Positions 38,531-41,829 of a stretch of 41,829 bases of DNA are shown one piece after another. The stretch spans positions 1-41,829 of the forward strand of contig CAZIZJ010000001.1 of NCBI GenBank assembly GCA_964543675.1, in the 5' to 3' direction. Both the position numbers and the translations under genes were made by a program. Every line of letters begins with the position of its first letter. Within the stretch, counting starts at the first letter, position 1. The notes beneath the pieces are model-generated. The model was not told where the DNA came from. It did no database searches and saw nothing but the letters and a program-made list of their open reading frames with translations. This DNA comes from an uncultured Acholeplasma sp. (GTDB lineage: Bacteria; Bacillota_I; Bacilli_A; Acholeplasmatales; Acholeplasmataceae).

Positions 38531-39606
38531 TCAAATTTCCTTTTAAAATCAATCGTTGAAAAATCTTTAAGTGGTAATTTTACGCTTCTCCCATCTTTGG
38601 CTGATTTATAGATTGCTAACACCAATTCAAGAGCCCTTCTTCCATCCTCAGCTGTCACATATGGTTCTCTATCTTCTTTAATCGCATCGATGACATCTTT
38701 ATATAGCGGATTATGTCCGAAGCCATAGATTGTTGGAGGGTTTTCGTGATACTTTTCTTTAATTTCGGTTGGATTGTCTAACCCATCATTAAATAGCCAC
38801 TCTTCAATGATATTTACAGATTTACCACCAGCTTTTACAGTCCCCTTCTCGCCAAAAATATAAAGTGTTTCTTCGAGGTTTTTAGGAAATACATTGGTTG
38901 TTCCCTCAATCACACCATATGATCCATTTTTGAACTTAATCAATGCCAACCCCAAATCCTCTGTTTCAATAAATGAGTGATTCAGATTATCACTATATGC
39001 GAATACCTCATCAATTTCATTCCCCATCATCCATCTTAATAAGTCGATATTATGTATACACTGATTCATAAGTGCACCACCGTCTTGTTCCCAAGTACCT
39101 CTCCATGGTGCTTGAGTGTAATAATCTTGTCCCCTATTCCATCTAATATGTGCAGTACCGTGGAATAATCTACCAAATCTATTTTTCTCCACTGCTTCTC
39201 TAATTTTTCGTATTGATTTATTGAATCTATTTTGGTGACAAGCACTCACAACAACATGATATTCTTTGGAAAGTTTTATGATTTCATCAACATCTTTGAG
39301 TGATAAAGCAATTGGTTTTTCAATAATCAAATTGATTCCATATTTTATGCAATACTTGGCGATTTCAGCGTGATTACCACTTTCCGTCGCTATAGCGATT
39401 AAATCTGGTCTTTCGTTTTTTACCATCTCTTTATAGTCATGATAAATCTTGCTTGTCCCATTTAAATTATAATCAATTAAATGTTGTTTTGCTTTATCAA
39501 TTTCAAGGTCACACAGACCAACAATTTCCAAATCATTGTTCATTGCCGCAGTCACATGATTTGGGGATATTCTCCCGCAACCAATTAATGCATATTTTAA
39601 TTTCAT
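38527..39606 (-). CDS. wbpB: Gfo/Idh/MocA oxidoreductase (WbpB/WlbA-like UDP-GlcNAcA 3-dehydrogenase)
   Basis: [32 protein letters not shown]; context between wbpA and wbpD. Confidence 0.8.
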   Translation of the reverse strand: MKLKYALIGCGRISPNHVTAAMNNDLEIVGLCDLEIDKAKQHLIDYNLNGTSKIYHDYKEMVKNERPDLIAIATESGNHAEIAKYCIKYGINLIIEKPIALSLKDVDEIIKLSKEYHVVVSACHQNRFNKSIRKIREAVEKNRFGRLFHGTAHIRWNRGQDYYTQAPWRGTWEQDGGALMNQCIHNIDLLRWMMGNEIDEVFAYSDNLNHSFIETEDLGLALIKFKNGSYGVIEGTTNVFPKNLEETLYIFGEKGTVKAGGKSVNIIEEWLFNDGLDNPTEIKEKYHENPPTIYGFGHNPLYKDVIDAIKEDREPYVTAEDGRRALELVLAIYKSAKDGRSVKLPLKDFSTIDFKRKFE

Positions 39607-39622
39607 AACAATCTCTCCAATT

Positions 39623-40936
39623 CTAGAGCAATTCTATATTTTCTCTATTTGTGACTTTTTTCATGGCATTTTTTGTATCAAAGATAAATCTCGAATGCTT
39701 TTGCACAAAATCGTAATCAACATTTGTATGTGCAGCCGTAATCATAACTAAGTCTGCTGACTCTAACAATTCCTTAGTTAATGTTTTTTCACCAAACTTT
39801 TGTTTCCCGTGTTCTTTATACTCGAAAATATACGGGTCGAAATATTTCACATTTGCCCCCAACTTTTCCAGTTCGTTGATAACATTGATCGCTGGGCTTT
39901 CTCTATAATCATCAATGTCTTGCTTGTATGCCACACCTAATATCAATACCGTTGAACCATTCAAGGATTTTCTAAATTGATTCAATATCTTTGAACCTCT
40001 TTCAACACAATACTCTGGCATTCTATCATTAATCATCATTGAAGATTCAATCATTGATGTATGAAATCCAAACTCTCTTGCTTTCCAAGAAAGATAATAC
40101 GGATCTAGTGGAATACAGTGACCACCTAAACCGGGTCCTGGATAAAACGCTTGAAACCCATATGGTTTACTTTTGGCTGCATCAATAACTTCCCAAATAT
40201 TGATTCCCATTTTATGACATAACATAGCGAGTTCATTTACCAAACCAATATTGATATTTCTATAAGTATTCTCAAGTATTTTTTCCATTTCAGCAATTGC
40301 TGGACTAGAAACTGTGTGCACATCACTATCTAGAACAGCGCGATAAACTGCTGCAATAACTTCTGTTGCATCTTTGCCAATTGCCCCAACTACTTTTGGT
40401 GTATTCTTAGTTTTATAAATTAAGTTGCCTGGATCAACACGTTCTGGTGAAAATCCTAGATAGAAGTCTTTTTCACATTCTAGACCAGATACTTTTTCTA
40501 GAATTGGCTTTAAAAGTCCTTCGGTGGTACCTGGATATGTTGTCGATTCTAAAACAACAATTACTCCTTTTTTCATATACTTCGCAATCGCTTTGGCTGA
40601 TGCTTCAATGTAACTGGTATCAGGTTGTTGATATTGATCTAATGGTGTCGGTACACATATGGCTATAAAATCCACATCTTTAATAAAAGAAAAATCACTA
40701 GTCGCTGATAATATACCTGATTTAACAATTGACTCTAAATCTTCGTCAACCACATCTCCAATATAGTTCTTGCCTGCATTGACCATATCTACTTTTTCTT
40801 TTTGTATATCAAAACCAATAGTACGAAAACCAGCCTTTGCCTTTTCAACAGCAAGTGGTAAACCGACATAACCTAAGCCAATGACACCTATTCTTAGTTC
40901 TCTTGTGGCTAGTTTTTTTAGCAGTTCATCTTTCAT
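39623..40936 (-). CDS. wbpA: UDP-GlcNAc 6-dehydrogenase-type nucleotide sugar dehydrogenase (WbpA-like)
   Basis: GLGYVGLPLA, CVPTP, ESTTYPGTT, SPERVDPG, GGHCIPLDP, DYRESP. Confidence 0.85.
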   Translation of the reverse strand: MKDELLKKLATRELRIGVIGLGYVGLPLAVEKAKAGFRTIGFDIQKEKVDMVNAGKNYIGDVVDEDLESIVKSGILSATSDFSFIKDVDFIAICVPTPLDQYQQPDTSYIEASAKAIAKYMKKGVIVVLESTTYPGTTEGLLKPILEKVSGLECEKDFYLGFSPERVDPGNLIYKTKNTPKVVGAIGKDATEVIAAVYRAVLDSDVHTVSSPAIAEMEKILENTYRNINIGLVNELAMLCHKMGINIWEVIDAAKSKPYGFQAFYPGPGLGGHCIPLDPYYLSWKAREFGFHTSMIESSMMINDRMPEYCVERGSKILNQFRKSLNGSTVLILGVAYKQDIDDYRESPAINVINELEKLGANVKYFDPYIFEYKEHGKQKFGEKTLTKELLESADLVMITAAHTNVDYDFVQKHSRFIFDTKNAMKKVTNRENIELL

Positions 40937-41829
40937 TTTTTTTCACTTCCTTTTTCGTTATTGCTTAAAAATTCATTGATGATTTCTTTAATGTCTTTAA
41001 AATAAATCGTGCAAACTAATATAATCACTACTATCATAATTGTAAGATTGATGAATAGATTATCAACATATATTCCTATTGTTGCAAAACCAACAAACAA
41101 CATAGTAACTATAAATAGTTTTAATAGTCTATAATCGACCTTAAACAAAAGATTTGATATATATATTCTCGTTCCTAAGAAAAACAGAAAAGTAATAGCC
41201 GTAGCAATCGCAGCACCTAGACCACCCAGTGGTGGCACTAAGAGCATATTGGCAACAAGACTTGCAATCAATGTAACAACAGCGACTATTAGGTGATATT
41301 GCGTTTTCTTCTTAAAATTAATACCGATGACCATTGATTCTGAAATTGTGTAGAAAACTGGAAAAAAAGTTAAAAACGGAATCATACTAGCTGCAAAAAA
41401 GTATTCTGGAGCCAATAAGTTAATTAAAACATCTTTTAACCCGATAATGCCAACACCGATAATGAGCATAACGATTGTAATTAAAGACGCCATCATGCGA
41501 AAAAATCTTTTATCGTCGGGATTGTTTTCATAATGCTCGAAATATATTGGCACCAAAAATGTTGATATCATCGCCTGTACAATTCCAACTAAGGCAACAA
41601 TTTTGAAAGCTGCTGAATATAGTCCGAGTTCATGGTAACCATGATATTCTTTGATGAAAAATTTATCAATTGATTCAAAAGCTATTGTCATGCCCATTGC
41701 AACCATGAATGGTATTGAGTATTTGATAATTGTCTCAGATGAAGTTGACAAGTTTTTGGGGTTATTAATATCTTTCAACGATTGACTATCAGATATCACT
41801 GATATGACTGTAGAAACAACTACAGCAAC
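40933..41829 (-). CDS. wzx: Wzx-type flippase, 3' part only (runs off window end)
   Basis: Frame open to 41829 (VAVVVSTVISVISDS...); IDKFFI, LGLYSAAFK, GGLGAAIAT; multi-TM. Confidence 0.8.
   Translation of the reverse strand, partial: VAVVVSTVISVISDSQSLKDINNPKNLSTSSETIIKYSIPFMVAMGMTIAFESIDKFFIKEYHGYHELGLYSAAFKIVALVGIVQAMISTFLVPIYFEHYENNPDDKRFFRMMASLITIVMLIIGVGIIGLKDVLINLLAPEYFFAASMIPFLTFFPVFYTISESMVIGINFKKKTQYHLIVAVVTLIASLVANMLLVPPLGGLGAAIATAITFLFFLGTRIYISNLLFKVDYRLLKLFIVTMLFVGFATIGIYVDNLFINLTIMIVVIILVCTIYFKDIKEIINEFLSNNEKGSEKK

Overview
AT-rich bacterial window using genetic code 11 (TGA = stop, Trp = TGG). Gene style and content suggest a low-GC Bacillota-derived lineage, most plausibly Acholeplasmataceae/Mollicutes; this is inference, as no rRNA marker is present. 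Nearly all genes are on the minus strand and surface-glycan biosynthesis dominates. (i) A galactofuranose cluster (GT2, DUF4422, GT4, glf, wzx) lies next to a membrane-anchored CotH-family kinase. (ii) A detached cpsC-cpsD-cpsB phosphoregulatory operon is coupled to DegV and NYN genes. (iii) glmS-glmM-glmU supply UDP-GlcNAc. (iv) A large mosaic Wzx/Wzy cluster comprises wzx-wbpA-wbpB-wbpD-wbpE, an IS-scarred gap, then acetyltransferase, wzy, a ParB/Srx-fold protein, wzx, pyruvyltransferase and three GTs. Between these lie nox, pepF and uvrB, plus a divergent SGNH hydrolase / PEPCK-like pair bracketed by two intact toxin-antitoxin modules (AbiEi/AbiEii and HipB/HipA), each with a readable operator. 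No rRNA, tRNA, CRISPR array or intact transposase was found. The best candidates for undescribed biology are the ParB/Srx-fold protein coupled between wzy and wzx and the CotH ecto-kinase with a non-canonical catalytic loop.
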